Source: a virus
IMG/VR virus record: IMGVR_UViG_3300009177_000720
DNA length: 64,000 nt
Strand: one strand, 5' to 3'
Below are positions 46,490 to 56,061 of the stretch, piece by piece. Within the stretch, counting starts at the first letter, position 1. Each line of letters begins with the position of its first letter. Under the pieces are notes generated by a model, which searched no databases, was not told the origin of the DNA, and saw only the letters and a program-made list of their open reading frames with translations. The translations under genes and the position numbers were made by a program.

Positions 46490-48013
46490 TTACTTATGCA
46501 AACTTTCCTTATTGAAATCATCATACTGAGCGAATTTATTAGGTTTTCTAACCAAATATAATTCTTGCTTGGCCCTGGTTACTGCGACGTACCAGAGGTT
46601 GGCTTCTTCTCCACCGTTGCCTTTTCGGTAGGTGTCTGCGAGAATAAAGACTCTATCTCGTTCCAAACCTTTGGCCTTATGTGTTGTTGAAAATATAACT
46701 TTAGCAGCGTCATCAGTATCATTGAATAGCTTCTCAATCGTTTCCTTGAGGTCTTTAATTGTTAAAGTTCCCTCACATAGGTTCAACAAACATTCCGCTT
46801 TATCGATACAAATGGTTGTGTCTCTTTTCTCAGACATCAATCGTTTAACTTCTTGTTCACGCCACGTATTAACATATTTGGTGAATTCGATAATGGTCTT
46901 AGACTTTGATTTCTTAATGAAATACAATAGGTTAGCTCCAATATCCCTACCTTGAATGTTAGCGGGGACGCCTGCTTTCAGAAGTTGTAAGCAGTATTTG
47001 ATCAAGGGAGCATTAGTTCTAGAAAGAACGAAGTCTCCGGGTTTGACCTTTTTGAGTAGGTCGCCCGCATCCAGGTCAACGACCAAGCCGTCAGCGGCTT
47101 TGTCATGGGCTTCAATATCTGGAACAATTTCTTGGGCGAGTTTTACTACCTTCTTTGGGCAACGATAAGTAACCGAAAGAGGTAAAGTTTTTGCTTTTAG
47201 CTTATTGATAAAATTGGGGATAGCTTCACTATCAGCTCCCCTAAACTGATAAATAGATTGGGCTGGATCTCCAACTGCGATAATTCGTCCCCCTGGTTTG
47301 ACGGCCGAAAGCACCATGGCAATCTGAGCCGCGTTCAAGTCTTGCGCTTCGTCAACGAAGACCACATCGAACTTACCAACATTGAGTCGATAAACGAATG
47401 GAAACCAAATCATATCATCGAAATCAATAACCATTTTGGATTGCTTGCACATTCCCATGGCTTTGATTACATGTGAGATAAACTTGTCTCGCTCTAAATC
47501 GAATGTCTCAATTCCAAATTGATCAATCAGCTCTTCAATCTTCTTAGGGGTATCGAAGAGAAATGCCTTACAGAGAGAAACGCACTTACAAATGCTTTGG
47601 TTAAGCTCCCAGAGATCATAGTCGTCCCCAATGATTTCCTTGACCAAAGTAGTACATTTATCATTTTCGAGAATGACATTGCCAAAACTTTGTTTGATAG
47701 CCCTGAATCCCAATGAGTGTAAGGTCATCACATCCACATAGGATGGGGCTCGTTGCTTTAACTCATCAGCAATGGACTTATTGAAAGCCACCATAAGAGT
47801 CTTCTTGCCACGTGGAAGGTATTTGAATCCCTCAACAATGGTAGAAGTCTTCCCAGACCCAGCTCGCGCAATGACCACGGTATGATCGGTAGCTTTAGCA
47901 ATATCTCGAAAGATATTCTTCTGGTACTCTGACCAATCTCTTTTGGGGGCAATCTTGACGATATGGGAGTTATCTGGACGCTTAGGTGGAAATTTACTCA
48001 CCTTCTTCGGCAT
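46490..48013 (-). CDS. UvrD/Rep-like superfamily 1 helicase
   Basis: ARAGSGKT, VDEAQD, VGDPAQSIYQFRGA, STTHKAKGLE, YVAVTRAK. Confidence 0.93.
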   Translation of the reverse strand: MPKKVSKFPPKRPDNSHIVKIAPKRDWSEYQKNIFRDIAKATDHTVVIARAGSGKTSTIVEGFKYLPRGKKTLMVAFNKSIADELKQRAPSYVDVMTLHSLGFRAIKQSFGNVILENDKCTTLVKEIIGDDYDLWELNQSICKCVSLCKAFLFDTPKKIEELIDQFGIETFDLERDKFISHVIKAMGMCKQSKMVIDFDDMIWFPFVYRLNVGKFDVVFVDEAQDLNAAQIAMVLSAVKPGGRIIAVGDPAQSIYQFRGADSEAIPNFINKLKAKTLPLSVTYRCPKKVVKLAQEIVPDIEAHDKAADGLVVDLDAGDLLKKVKPGDFVLSRTNAPLIKYCLQLLKAGVPANIQGRDIGANLLYFIKKSKSKTIIEFTKYVNTWREQEVKRLMSEKRDTTICIDKAECLLNLCEGTLTIKDLKETIEKLFNDTDDAAKVIFSTTHKAKGLERDRVFILADTYRKGNGGEEANLWYVAVTRAKQELYLVRKPNKFAQYDDFNKESLHK

Positions 48014-49091
48014 CGTCGTCCTCTTCCTCATCTTCACCATACATCTCGTCCCACTCTTTCATCTTCTTTTCGGAAAATGCAGTAATGGTTTCTCCAAGAA
48101 ACTTGTGAAGAACGTATTCTCTATCCTGCCCGCCTTTTCCGCATTGTGGCATCCACATCTTGCGCAAAAGCGTCATGTTCTGATTGAAGCAAACAAAATC
48201 AATAAATTGATCCGTTAGGTTCTTGATCTGAGCGTCATCATCAGCGGCGCCACTCTTGATTCGCTCTTCAACGAAATCTAGGTACTTCCGAAGATATCTT
48301 CCAGAACCATAATTGCCGGTCAAATGATTTGTTGCAGAAACAAACCTATTATGAGTCTCCCACCTTCTAGAAGTTTTACGAAGACTATGTTTAATCTGAT
48401 CAATCTCTGACATCCCCTCAGTTTCAGCAAGGTCAGATCGAACCTCTGCTAAATACTGGACAGCACCTGCCTCAAGTTCCGCTCGCATATTACCATCAGT
48501 CCAAGAGCTGAACCGGGTGGCTGGGGCCTGGTACTTCTTGGTTAGGGCTTCATAGATATCTTCATGAACCATCATGTGGTACATACGAACAACATGCGGG
48601 TCATCCGCAACAACCTTCTTCTGCTGCTTAGCCATATCCGATCTCTCAGATGACCAACCATTTTCAGGCAATTCTGGAAACTGTTCTCTTACCTTTTTAA
48701 GGATTTCATCTAGTTTTTGGCCAATAAAAGAAATATGGTGAGGGTCGGTAACACGTAACCCCTCATCCGTTAGAAAATCAATAGCAGTTTCCCAAGTCAA
48801 TTCTTCACGCTTGAAGATATCGCCCATTCGATTAGGAACTTCTACAATGATCTCTTTGAGAGATTCGAGAAGTAGATTGGAGAGCGCATCCTCTTCGATG
48901 TTCTCAATTCGACCATACTCATCGTATGTCCCCTTGAGAGGTAATCCAAAAGGCTTCCAAACATCAGTGGTATAACTATGACAAACATCATCGCGGCCAT
49001 ATTCGCATTCCACGATGAGGAACATTCTGACCTTGTCGCCACCCTCAATAGGCATTTGCGTAATGCCACAAGTTTCATTCCAGCATCCCAT
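47994..49091 (-). CDS. hypothetical phage protein
   Basis: 365-aa ORF, MGCWNETCG start, acidic tail. Confidence 0.7.
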   Translation of the reverse strand: MGCWNETCGITQMPIEGGDKVRMFLIVECEYGRDDVCHSYTTDVWKPFGLPLKGTYDEYGRIENIEEDALSNLLLESLKEIIVEVPNRMGDIFKREELTWETAIDFLTDEGLRVTDPHHISFIGQKLDEILKKVREQFPELPENGWSSERSDMAKQQKKVVADDPHVVRMYHMMVHEDIYEALTKKYQAPATRFSSWTDGNMRAELEAGAVQYLAEVRSDLAETEGMSEIDQIKHSLRKTSRRWETHNRFVSATNHLTGNYGSGRYLRKYLDFVEERIKSGAADDDAQIKNLTDQFIDFVCFNQNMTLLRKMWMPQCGKGGQDREYVLHKFLGETITAFSEKKMKEWDEMYGEDEEEDDDAEEGE

Positions 49092-49101
49092 AATTAAACC
49101 T

Positions 49102-49650
49102 CTAATATTCTAACTCTTCAAAATTGACTAAAGAAGCAAATTTCCAATCCACTAAACCTGCACTTAGATATGGTTTTTTATTTGCCCTGCGATCGACCAC
49201 CGCCAAAATACCCTTTACCTCAAACCCGGCATCTTCAATGGCTTTAGCTGCCGCAATAGAAGATCCGCCTGTCGTCACCACATCTTCTACCAAGACAACT
49301 TCTTCATATTGAGTCATACTCGGGCGCTCTAATAGCTCCTTGGTTCCATGCTCTTTGGCTGCTTTACGAACATGGATGACATCCAAATCAATGGGAGAGT
49401 GCATCGCTACAATGCTGGCCAAATGGCAACCACCTAAGGCTACACCAGCAACTGCTTGGAAAGGTGCAAACTGTTCTACCATCTTATCGAAGAGGAGTTT
49501 CGCTAAAAGCTTATGAACCCGACCATGTAAAGCGGTTTTCTTTACATTAACATAGATATCGCTTTTAGCGCCTGAGGCCAAGGTAAACTCTTCACCCTTT
49601 TGAAGACTGAAAAGATTTAGCCAAGAAATCAGTTGTTGGCGATCATCCAT
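49102..49650 (-). CDS. pyrE: orotate phosphoribosyltransferase
   Basis: FTLASG.KS..Y, RK..KEHGT, LVEDVVTTGGS, VVDR. Confidence 0.92.
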   Translation of the reverse strand: MDDRQQLISWLNLFSLQKGEEFTLASGAKSDIYVNVKKTALHGRVHKLLAKLLFDKMVEQFAPFQAVAGVALGGCHLASIVAMHSPIDLDVIHVRKAAKEHGTKELLERPSMTQYEEVVLVEDVVTTGGSSIAAAKAIEDAGFEVKGILAVVDRRANKKPYLSAGLVDWKFASLVNFEELEY

Positions 49651-50569
49651 TGCTAGCTCTCGGAAAGAAAGATGTCCCTGACCTATTGTAAAGCTGACTA
49701 TCTAGTTCAATCAGTTTATCGTAGTCTTCAACTCCCCGAGCGATTGTCTCATTAATAGCCTTCATACCTAGCTTTGCGCCAAACAACGCACCAACAATAG
49801 CTGCCGTTGTATCGGTATCACCACCAGCTTTGATGGCCGCTACAATAGCGTCATGATAGTTGCTGAATTTAAGAAAACAGTATAGAGCGGATGGAACCGT
49901 CTCTCGTACATCTGCCTTGGTACCTAGTACCCGGAGAGCTTGCTGCGGTGTAATGTACTCCGAGTCGATCAAAGAGTTTAGACTATAAATAGTGCTCTTA
50001 ACCTTGCTATTGGGAAGCTTTTCCCAAATCTTCTCAAGGAGATTATCCGTATTGTTATTGACAGCATAAGCAGCAGCCAAGGCAATGGCAATGGAGCCTG
50101 CCTCAGCATCTTCTGATGCATGGGTAATAGCACTATCAATCTTACAGATATTAACCAAAGAATAAAGGTCGTTACGGAAGTAGACTCCAAAAGGAGCGGC
50201 CCTCATGGCAGTTCCATTTCCCATTGACCCCGCAATTCCCGATTCGCTCCAATGCTTACCGGCTTGAAGATTCTGAACGGCCATAAGAGTGGTTTTTCCA
50301 TAGCCTCGGGCTCGACCAGAAACCAACCATTCCATATAGCGAGCGGCTAAATCATCAGGATTAAACCCTTTGTTTTTGATTAAAGATTCAGCAACCATGA
50401 GGCTCATCTGAGTATCATCAGAGTACTGTCCTGGCAGCAGTTTATGATGTTCGCTACCTAAGTAGGTCTTACCATCCCATTCAACAAGCCCTTCAAAATT
50501 ACAAAGTTTCTTTTCGAAAGGAACACCTAAGGCGTCCGCGACTGCTGTTCCAAGTAATACGTTACTCAT
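49643..50569 (-). CDS. ADP-ribosylglycohydrolase (DraG/ARH family)
   Basis: AVADALG, YSDDTQM, GNGTAMR, ITH, GGDTDTTAAI.GA. Confidence 0.93.
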   Translation of the reverse strand: MSNVLLGTAVADALGVPFEKKLCNFEGLVEWDGKTYLGSEHHKLLPGQYSDDTQMSLMVAESLIKNKGFNPDDLAARYMEWLVSGRARGYGKTTLMAVQNLQAGKHWSESGIAGSMGNGTAMRAAPFGVYFRNDLYSLVNICKIDSAITHASEDAEAGSIAIALAAAYAVNNNTDNLLEKIWEKLPNSKVKSTIYSLNSLIDSEYITPQQALRVLGTKADVRETVPSALYCFLKFSNYHDAIVAAIKAGGDTDTTAAIVGALFGAKLGMKAINETIARGVEDYDKLIELDSQLYNRSGTSFFPRASNG

Positions 50570-50577
50570 ATTTTACC

Positions 50578-51528
50578 TCAATTTGAATTTGCAGATACGC
50601 CATTTGTTTTTGCGGGGGTTGCCTTAGCAATGGCATCTAAATCAATGATTGGAACATTTTTCTCATTAAATGCCTTGAGAACTGTTTTTACACTAACATT
50701 AACTTTAGAGTACTGGGACATAACAGAATTGCTATGAAATTGGAACTTAGGTTCCTTACAGTTAACAGTATCGGTTACCCATGAACCTTTATAAGAAGTC
50801 GGATCTTTCATCTTTCCAGTAACAGGATCTTTATGATATTCCTTATGCTGCAAGTAAAGTCTAGTTCCGGATTTATAGAGGATGAAATCAATTGCTAGAT
50901 AATCTTCAATATGCTTTTTCCCGGAGGGCAAAGTAGAAGAAATTGATGTAACTGCTTGAATTACGGCTGGAACCGCTGCGGTTTTATTGTTTACCTTGCT
51001 TAATGGATCGCTAAAGGCACGCAAATGACTGGTAACTTCTTCCAAAAGAGAAGCGTAATTTCCCATTACAATGTTGATTGTTGCCGGCTGGTCATCTTTT
51101 AAAAGGACGAATCCTTTTTTAAGGTTATCTAACCTTGATTCTTGTTTTTGAAGAATCTTCTGTAATTCATGGGTCTTTTTGAAAGACTCTTCATGAGCGT
51201 GAATAAATTCACTTTTATTTGCAAAAAACTTCTTATCTTTCTTATAATAAGAATCTTTGCAGAAATTTTCCAAAGACAAGATAAAAGATTGAGGAGCGGC
51301 AATAACTATAAGGCTCTCAACGTCTTTAAGTTCAAACTTAACTGGGACATACATCGCCTGTGATGGGGCAGCATTTGCACTTTTAAGAAAATCTCCTCTA
51401 GTATCTCTAGTAGCTGCATCTTTGGCTATACCGTATTTATAGGCGATGGTATAAAAATCAACATCCTCACCTACATGACGCCCAATAATTCTTCTCAGAT
51501 AAAACTCTTGAATAGATTCCATGTTCAT
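50578..51528 (-). CDS. hypothetical protein
   Basis: 316-aa ORF. Confidence 0.7.
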   Translation of the reverse strand: MNMESIQEFYLRRIIGRHVGEDVDFYTIAYKYGIAKDAATRDTRGDFLKSANAAPSQAMYVPVKFELKDVESLIVIAAPQSFILSLENFCKDSYYKKDKKFFANKSEFIHAHEESFKKTHELQKILQKQESRLDNLKKGFVLLKDDQPATINIVMGNYASLLEEVTSHLRAFSDPLSKVNNKTAAVPAVIQAVTSISSTLPSGKKHIEDYLAIDFILYKSGTRLYLQHKEYHKDPVTGKMKDPTSYKGSWVTDTVNCKEPKFQFHSNSVMSQYSKVNVSVKTVLKAFNEKNVPIIDLDAIAKATPAKTNGVSANSN

Positions 51529-52100
51529 TATCCAATCTTTAACTGGCCTTCTAGCAACATTAGCAATACAAAGGCATGACCCATTTTTCTATTTGGATCA
51601 TTAATTACCTGATCGAATGTGAGACCGAGTGTACGATGATTATAACCATCAAAATCCCAAAGGTAAAGATCGATCTTTTCCTCGGACATCTTTTTTAATT
51701 TGGAAAATGCAGAAGTTTTCTGAACGGCCCTTGCGTACAAAGGAATATAAATTTTGGAACGAGCTTCTGTGTAGGTAAACTTCTCACCATCCCAATAGGA
51801 GTAGAGCGGCTTAGTATCTCTACCCATAGGGTATCGGTGAGCCTTTATGTCATTCCAGCCATCTTGGGCCCACTTGAAATAGCGCTCTCCTACCGAACCA
51901 TCTTCTTCAAGATAGTACTCATAGACTTTAGAATACTGCCAAGCGTTCTCTACATTATACGAAGTGTAACCCCCATATAGATCTACTGGGCCAGCAAAGA
52001 ATGGACTAAGCCCTCGACTCCAATTATCAGAACGAGAGGTAGTATTAATAACAATAGAACCCTCCGGGACTTGGTACCCAGGTCCAATTATATAAATCAT
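51528..52100 (-). CDS. DUF6939-like / NADAR-related protein
   Basis: LSPF, NVENAWQYSKVY, Y.EAR..IY.P.Y, DFDGY, H..VL. Confidence 0.55.
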   Translation of the reverse strand: MIYIIGPGYQVPEGSIVINTTSRSDNWSRGLSPFFAGPVDLYGGYTSYNVENAWQYSKVYEYYLEEDGSVGERYFKWAQDGWNDIKAHRYPMGRDTKPLYSYWDGEKFTYTEARSKIYIPLYARAVQKTSAFSKLKKMSEEKIDLYLWDFDGYNHRTLGLTFDQVINDPNRKMGHAFVLLMLLEGQLKIG

Positions 52101-52128
52101 GATTCACCAAATCCAAAAGAGGATTTTG

Positions 52129-52479
52129 TTATTCGTTAGCTAAATTATAATAGTTAATACAAATCTTCAAGAGTTTATCTGCACGTCTAGAAGAAACTGT
52201 TGGGGCATCAAATCTAGCCTTGCTTTCTTCAGACATATTACCTGAGCGAAGGGCCTCTAGCATTTCCATTTCTTTACGAAGCTTAGCTGCCTTTTCAGGA
52301 TCATACCTTAGGCCAAATCTTTCGCCAACTTCTTCAGGATCTACTTCCTCAATATTAGGCACAGGTGGTTCTGATGGAAATTCTAATCCTTCAAATTCCT
52401 CAGGAGGAGGTGGAAGCATAGCATCGTTTAAGTCTGCGGATTGTCCGTACTTTTTTAGAAATTTATCAAAAACACTCAT
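52129..52479 (-). CDS. hypothetical Pro/Glu-rich protein
   Basis: ORF. Confidence 0.6.
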   Translation of the reverse strand: MSVFDKFLKKYGQSADLNDAMLPPPPEEFEGLEFPSEPPVPNIEEVDPEEVGERFGLRYDPEKAAKLRKEMEMLEALRSGNMSEESKARFDAPTVSSRRADKLLKICINYYNLANE

Positions 52480-52516
52480 TGTGCACCTAATATAGATAGT
52501 AAAATATTAGGTGGAT

Positions 52517-53650
52517 TTACTTTAAAATGTGAGGAATAAACCTGCCCAAGTTATTAGTAATTAAAGATTTTGACTCTCGAATGCCTATCCCGGCAGACTC
52601 ACCATCAATAACCCAACTGCCCAACACAGGGTAATTATCGTCAAATTTGGGCAATAAAGCCAAATCTTGGTAAATATACCCCTCTTCACCGTAGGTTCCA
52701 TCAGTACTATCAAGCACCTCAATTTCAGTGTTAATCGTAATGTTGGCGCCCTCCCTAGAATAGAAAGGCTTCTTTACATGCCACGGCAACTTAGAAGGCT
52801 CAAAATGAGCTTCCAAAAGATTAGGGTGCCCAGGATTCAATTCCCATAGAATGGGGAGAATTCCCTTATTGGAAAGGATCATTTTCCAGGCTGGCTCGAT
52901 CCAAAAGGTATTCTCCATAGTCTTAGCAATATGCTGACCGAATTCATCCTTCAGTAGCCACTCCCAGGGGTAGAGTTTGAAAATGTTTTTCATTGAAAAC
53001 AAGTCAACATCGACAAAGAGATTGTCTACACTATCCCAACCAATATGCTCAATGGGCAAGGTCTTTGCTTCAAGCCCGGCCTGAACTGCCGTCTCCTGAA
53101 GGTAGGAAACTGTCATATAGTCTTCATAGGTATCCATATAAGCCAAAAACAAAGAACCAGGATTCAAATAATCTCGTAGCTCTTTCCATTTAGCAATGAG
53201 ACGCTCGTGAATGGAATTGAACTGGTCAGCATCCTTAAAACAGTCCTGCTGCCAATACCACTGGATAACTGCGGCCTCCAAAAGAGAAGTTGGAGTATCT
53301 GCATTGTACTCCAGCATCTTAGGCTGCCCCTCACCGTTATAAGCAAGGTCAAAACGTCCATAGATGGCAGGAGTCTCATTGTTCCAGCTATGTTCAATAA
53401 GGGGAATCGCCACCTCGGGAATACGCAACTCCTTGTAGCGTTTGTGGTCAATGATATGCTGGACTGCCTCTAAACACATCTGATGTAGGGCATTAGTAGC
53501 TGACTCTAGCACTTCAACTTCTCTTGAAGAAAACTCGTAATAAGCCGATTCGTCCCAATAAGGGACGCCATCAGCAGTGTGATAAATCATACCCTGAGAT
53601 TCAACCGTCTTTTCCCAATTAGGACGAACACTTTTCTTAATGCGCTTCAT
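52517..53650 (-). CDS. glutathionylspermidine synthase family ATP-grasp protein (YgiC/YjfC-like)
   Basis: YWDE, GRFDL, LEYNADTPTSLLE, FKLYPWEW, KKP..SREG.N. Confidence 0.93.
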   Translation of the reverse strand: MKRIKKSVRPNWEKTVESQGMIYHTADGVPYWDESAYYEFSSREVEVLESATNALHQMCLEAVQHIIDHKRYKELRIPEVAIPLIEHSWNNETPAIYGRFDLAYNGEGQPKMLEYNADTPTSLLEAAVIQWYWQQDCFKDADQFNSIHERLIAKWKELRDYLNPGSLFLAYMDTYEDYMTVSYLQETAVQAGLEAKTLPIEHIGWDSVDNLFVDVDLFSMKNIFKLYPWEWLLKDEFGQHIAKTMENTFWIEPAWKMILSNKGILPILWELNPGHPNLLEAHFEPSKLPWHVKKPFYSREGANITINTEIEVLDSTDGTYGEEGYIYQDLALLPKFDDNYPVLGSWVIDGESAGIGIRESKSLITNNLGRFIPHILK

Positions 53651-54024
53651 GAACCGCCTCCAGTACCACTACCGTGACCCGCACCCGTTGAACCAAAACC
53701 TCCCCTAGTAACACTTGGTGGAGAATAACTACGACCAGGTGATGGGGAATAAGAGCCACCTGTTACACGGCCACCAGGAGAAACAGGAGAGGAAGAGCCT
53801 CCATAATACCAGAAGAAATGTCCGCCGCCACCATGTGGATGAGCCGGATCAACCGGCCCGCCATCAGGGTGTTGGGTAGGTACATTATTGCAATTACTTT
53901 CATCTTGCACTACACCGTTTTCATCTACACAGTGTTTGATTTCTTCAGTTTTACTTTGTTCACAAGCAGCGGCAGCTACCGCCGTCAACATTACGAGCGA
54001 GATATGCTTTGTTCGTCTTAACAT
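53647..54024 (-). CDS. YgiB-like lipoprotein with Gly/Ser-rich tail
   Basis: Lipobox AAAC, TRGGFG motif; upstream of the GspS-family gene. Confidence 0.7.
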   Translation of the reverse strand: MLRRTKHISLVMLTAVAAAACEQSKTEEIKHCVDENGVVQDESNCNNVPTQHPDGGPVDPAHPHGGGGHFFWYYGGSSSPVSPGGRVTGGSYSPSPGRSYSPPSVTRGGFGSTGAGHGSGTGGGS

Positions 54025-54051
54025 TAGAAATGATGGTTAACCTCTTTTAAC

Positions 54052-54318
54052 TTATCTGTAGTATCCGCCAGCGCCAGTTGGGTACTTCTTCTTGGCTTCA
54101 ACTTGGATTAGTTTGGGAATTTTATTGGATGGGATAGTAAACTGCTGAGAGCAGACGGCGCATTCCGCCGTAAACTTATCATAACCGGGCTCTCGCATAT
54201 CACCGTCATAATAGTGGTGTTTGAGATCCTTAGTCTCCACTTCTAACTCTGAATCACAGTTAGAGCAAATGTGCTTATACGACCATTTGCTCACATCTGT
54301 TCTTTTAATAACCTTCAT
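54052..54318 (-). CDS. Zn-ribbon hypothetical protein
   Basis: CSNC...CAVC. Confidence 0.6.
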   Translation of the reverse strand: MKVIKRTDVSKWSYKHICSNCDSELEVETKDLKHHYYDGDMREPGYDKFTAECAVCSQQFTIPSNKIPKLIQVEAKKKYPTGAGGYYR

Positions 54319-54321
54319 AGA

Positions 54322-55737
54322 TTATTCCTTTGCATCAATGTATTCATCGAGGCGGGCCTGGTTTCTAACCTCGTTGAAGTTAGTTTCGAAACGGATTTCG
54401 CCGTCCTCATATACCGTGCGCATCACCGAGTTTTTGTGGGCAATTTCGCTTTCAGCCAGGGCAACTGTGGTATAACCACGAACCTCATCAAACACAAGGT
54501 CCAAACGCCCGGCCTTGCTTGCTTTCCCAGGATCGGTAACCGGATCCTTAAAGACATCAACCGATTTATCGCCAATGAAGATGTGGCTGCACTTCATAGC
54601 AAATTTCTGAGTGTCACGATTGAGCTGCTGAAGAAGAGCACCACCCATACCAAAAGCGATATTGCTTGCGCTATACCCATTGATAAGCAGGTTGTCCAAA
54701 ATCTCCTTGATAGAGATCTCATTGATACCATCTCCTTGAATAACTCTGACATTATCCAAAACTTTGAATCCCTTCTTGTTGACGGTAGATCCAAACTTCT
54801 CTTCAAGCAACTGAACGCACTTCAGCACGACAGTGGGCGGATGTCCCGAGTCAGGACGGATAATCACCACTGCACCCGAGTCTCTTACCTCTTGGCGCAA
54901 TGCACCTCCCCACAAGTTGGTGCAAGCATTCCACAAGTCATAGGAGTCAGAAACGCAAGCAACCAAGGCCCCCGGCTTGGCAAACTGCCTAAGCATATTG
55001 CGGTAAGCCTCAACCTCATTCTCCTTACCCCACGAGGTAATAGAGCTGTGTTCCGCAGCAGGAATGCTAAATCCGGCCATTGGAATGTTGTAGTATTCAT
55101 TAGCCATCAAAACGCCTGCAACGGTGTCACTTCCCATGAAGTTGACCAAGTGAGAAGCTCCGCCAATCATGGCCGATTCCTGGCTGCTTACACCACGAGA
55201 ACCGAAGTCATGTAGCTTGAAATTGATTTCACCATTTGGATCATCAGCCGATTTACCAAGGGCATCCATAATGATCTGTCTAATGCGGTTACTCCTGGTT
55301 GCTACGGTAATAGGATACCAGACCCTAAGTAGCATGGTTTCAATCCAAGAGACCACCCAAAAGACCTTTGGGTCAGTCGATTCAATGCTAACAAGCACGT
55401 TATGAGTAGGAATGATGCTGCCTTCCTGAGGCGCCCTAATACGCACCGGAATCTTGCCGCCTAACTCTTTGGCAATATACATCCAGCCTTCGTAGTTGAA
55501 GGGCTCGCCATGGGCCGCAAAAAGCTCCTTAGCCTTTTCAACCTCTTCCACCGTTACTCGATGGGTAAGGTACTCCTTCAAGTAGTATTGGAGTCCAAAG
55601 AAAACAGTCCTATCATACTCTCCGCCACGACTCTCGATATACGAGAACATGCTGGTGGTACCCGGTGGATACTGCTTGTAATGGGAAACTTTGTAACTGT
55701 CGGTATCAAACAAATAACTGAAACGATTGGTTTTCAT
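54322..55737 (-). CDS. nadV: nicotinamide phosphoribosyltransferase (NAMPT)
   Basis: TDSYKVSH, LHDFGSRG, PAAEHS, VSDSYD, IRPDSG, IQGDG, FGMGG. Confidence 0.95.
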   Translation of the reverse strand: MKTNRFSYLFDTDSYKVSHYKQYPPGTTSMFSYIESRGGEYDRTVFFGLQYYLKEYLTHRVTVEEVEKAKELFAAHGEPFNYEGWMYIAKELGGKIPVRIRAPQEGSIIPTHNVLVSIESTDPKVFWVVSWIETMLLRVWYPITVATRSNRIRQIIMDALGKSADDPNGEINFKLHDFGSRGVSSQESAMIGGASHLVNFMGSDTVAGVLMANEYYNIPMAGFSIPAAEHSSITSWGKENEVEAYRNMLRQFAKPGALVACVSDSYDLWNACTNLWGGALRQEVRDSGAVVIIRPDSGHPPTVVLKCVQLLEEKFGSTVNKKGFKVLDNVRVIQGDGINEISIKEILDNLLINGYSASNIAFGMGGALLQQLNRDTQKFAMKCSHIFIGDKSVDVFKDPVTDPGKASKAGRLDLVFDEVRGYTTVALAESEIAHKNSVMRTVYEDGEIRFETNFNEVRNQARLDEYIDAKE

Positions 55738-55741
55738 AATT

Positions 55742-55754
55742 ATACTCTCCGTAT
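55742..55754 (-). promoter_or_regulatory. SD-containing hairpin AUAC-GGAGA-GUAU before nadV
   Basis: 4-bp stem, 4 nt before ATG; covaries with the copy at 57065-57077. Confidence 0.55.
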
Positions 55755-55757
55755 TTC

Positions 55758-56054
55758 TTACTTCTTCTCTCCCTGAGAAGATTCAATTCTTTCACACAAA
55801 ATGTCTTTATGTTCGGCCAGCCTAATACGAGCGCTAGCCCCTTTGTAGGGCACTCTCACAAAAGCTTTGGAGACGGGGATATCGCATGGACTACCCATAT
55901 CTGAAATTCTATAAGAAGTATTCTCTACATGAACCTTAGCCCTGGTCTTATTACCATTTGGCCACTGAACACGAATCCATTCACCATCTTTAAATGGCTT
56001 ACCATCCAATTGGTCAATCTCACACCAGTTACTATAAGTAATAACCTTTTTCAT
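55758..56054 (-). CDS. hypothetical protein
   Basis: ORF between the NAD genes; likely start MKKVITY. Confidence 0.6.
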   Translation of the reverse strand: MKKVITYSNWCEIDQLDGKPFKDGEWIRVQWPNGNKTRAKVHVENTSYRISDMGSPCDIPVSKAFVRVPYKGASARIRLAEHKDILCERIESSQGEKK

Positions 56055-56061
56055 AGTACCC

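Noticed and set aside
54271-55215. 314-aa plus-strand ORF
   Set aside because: Antisense shadow of nadV with no recognisable motif
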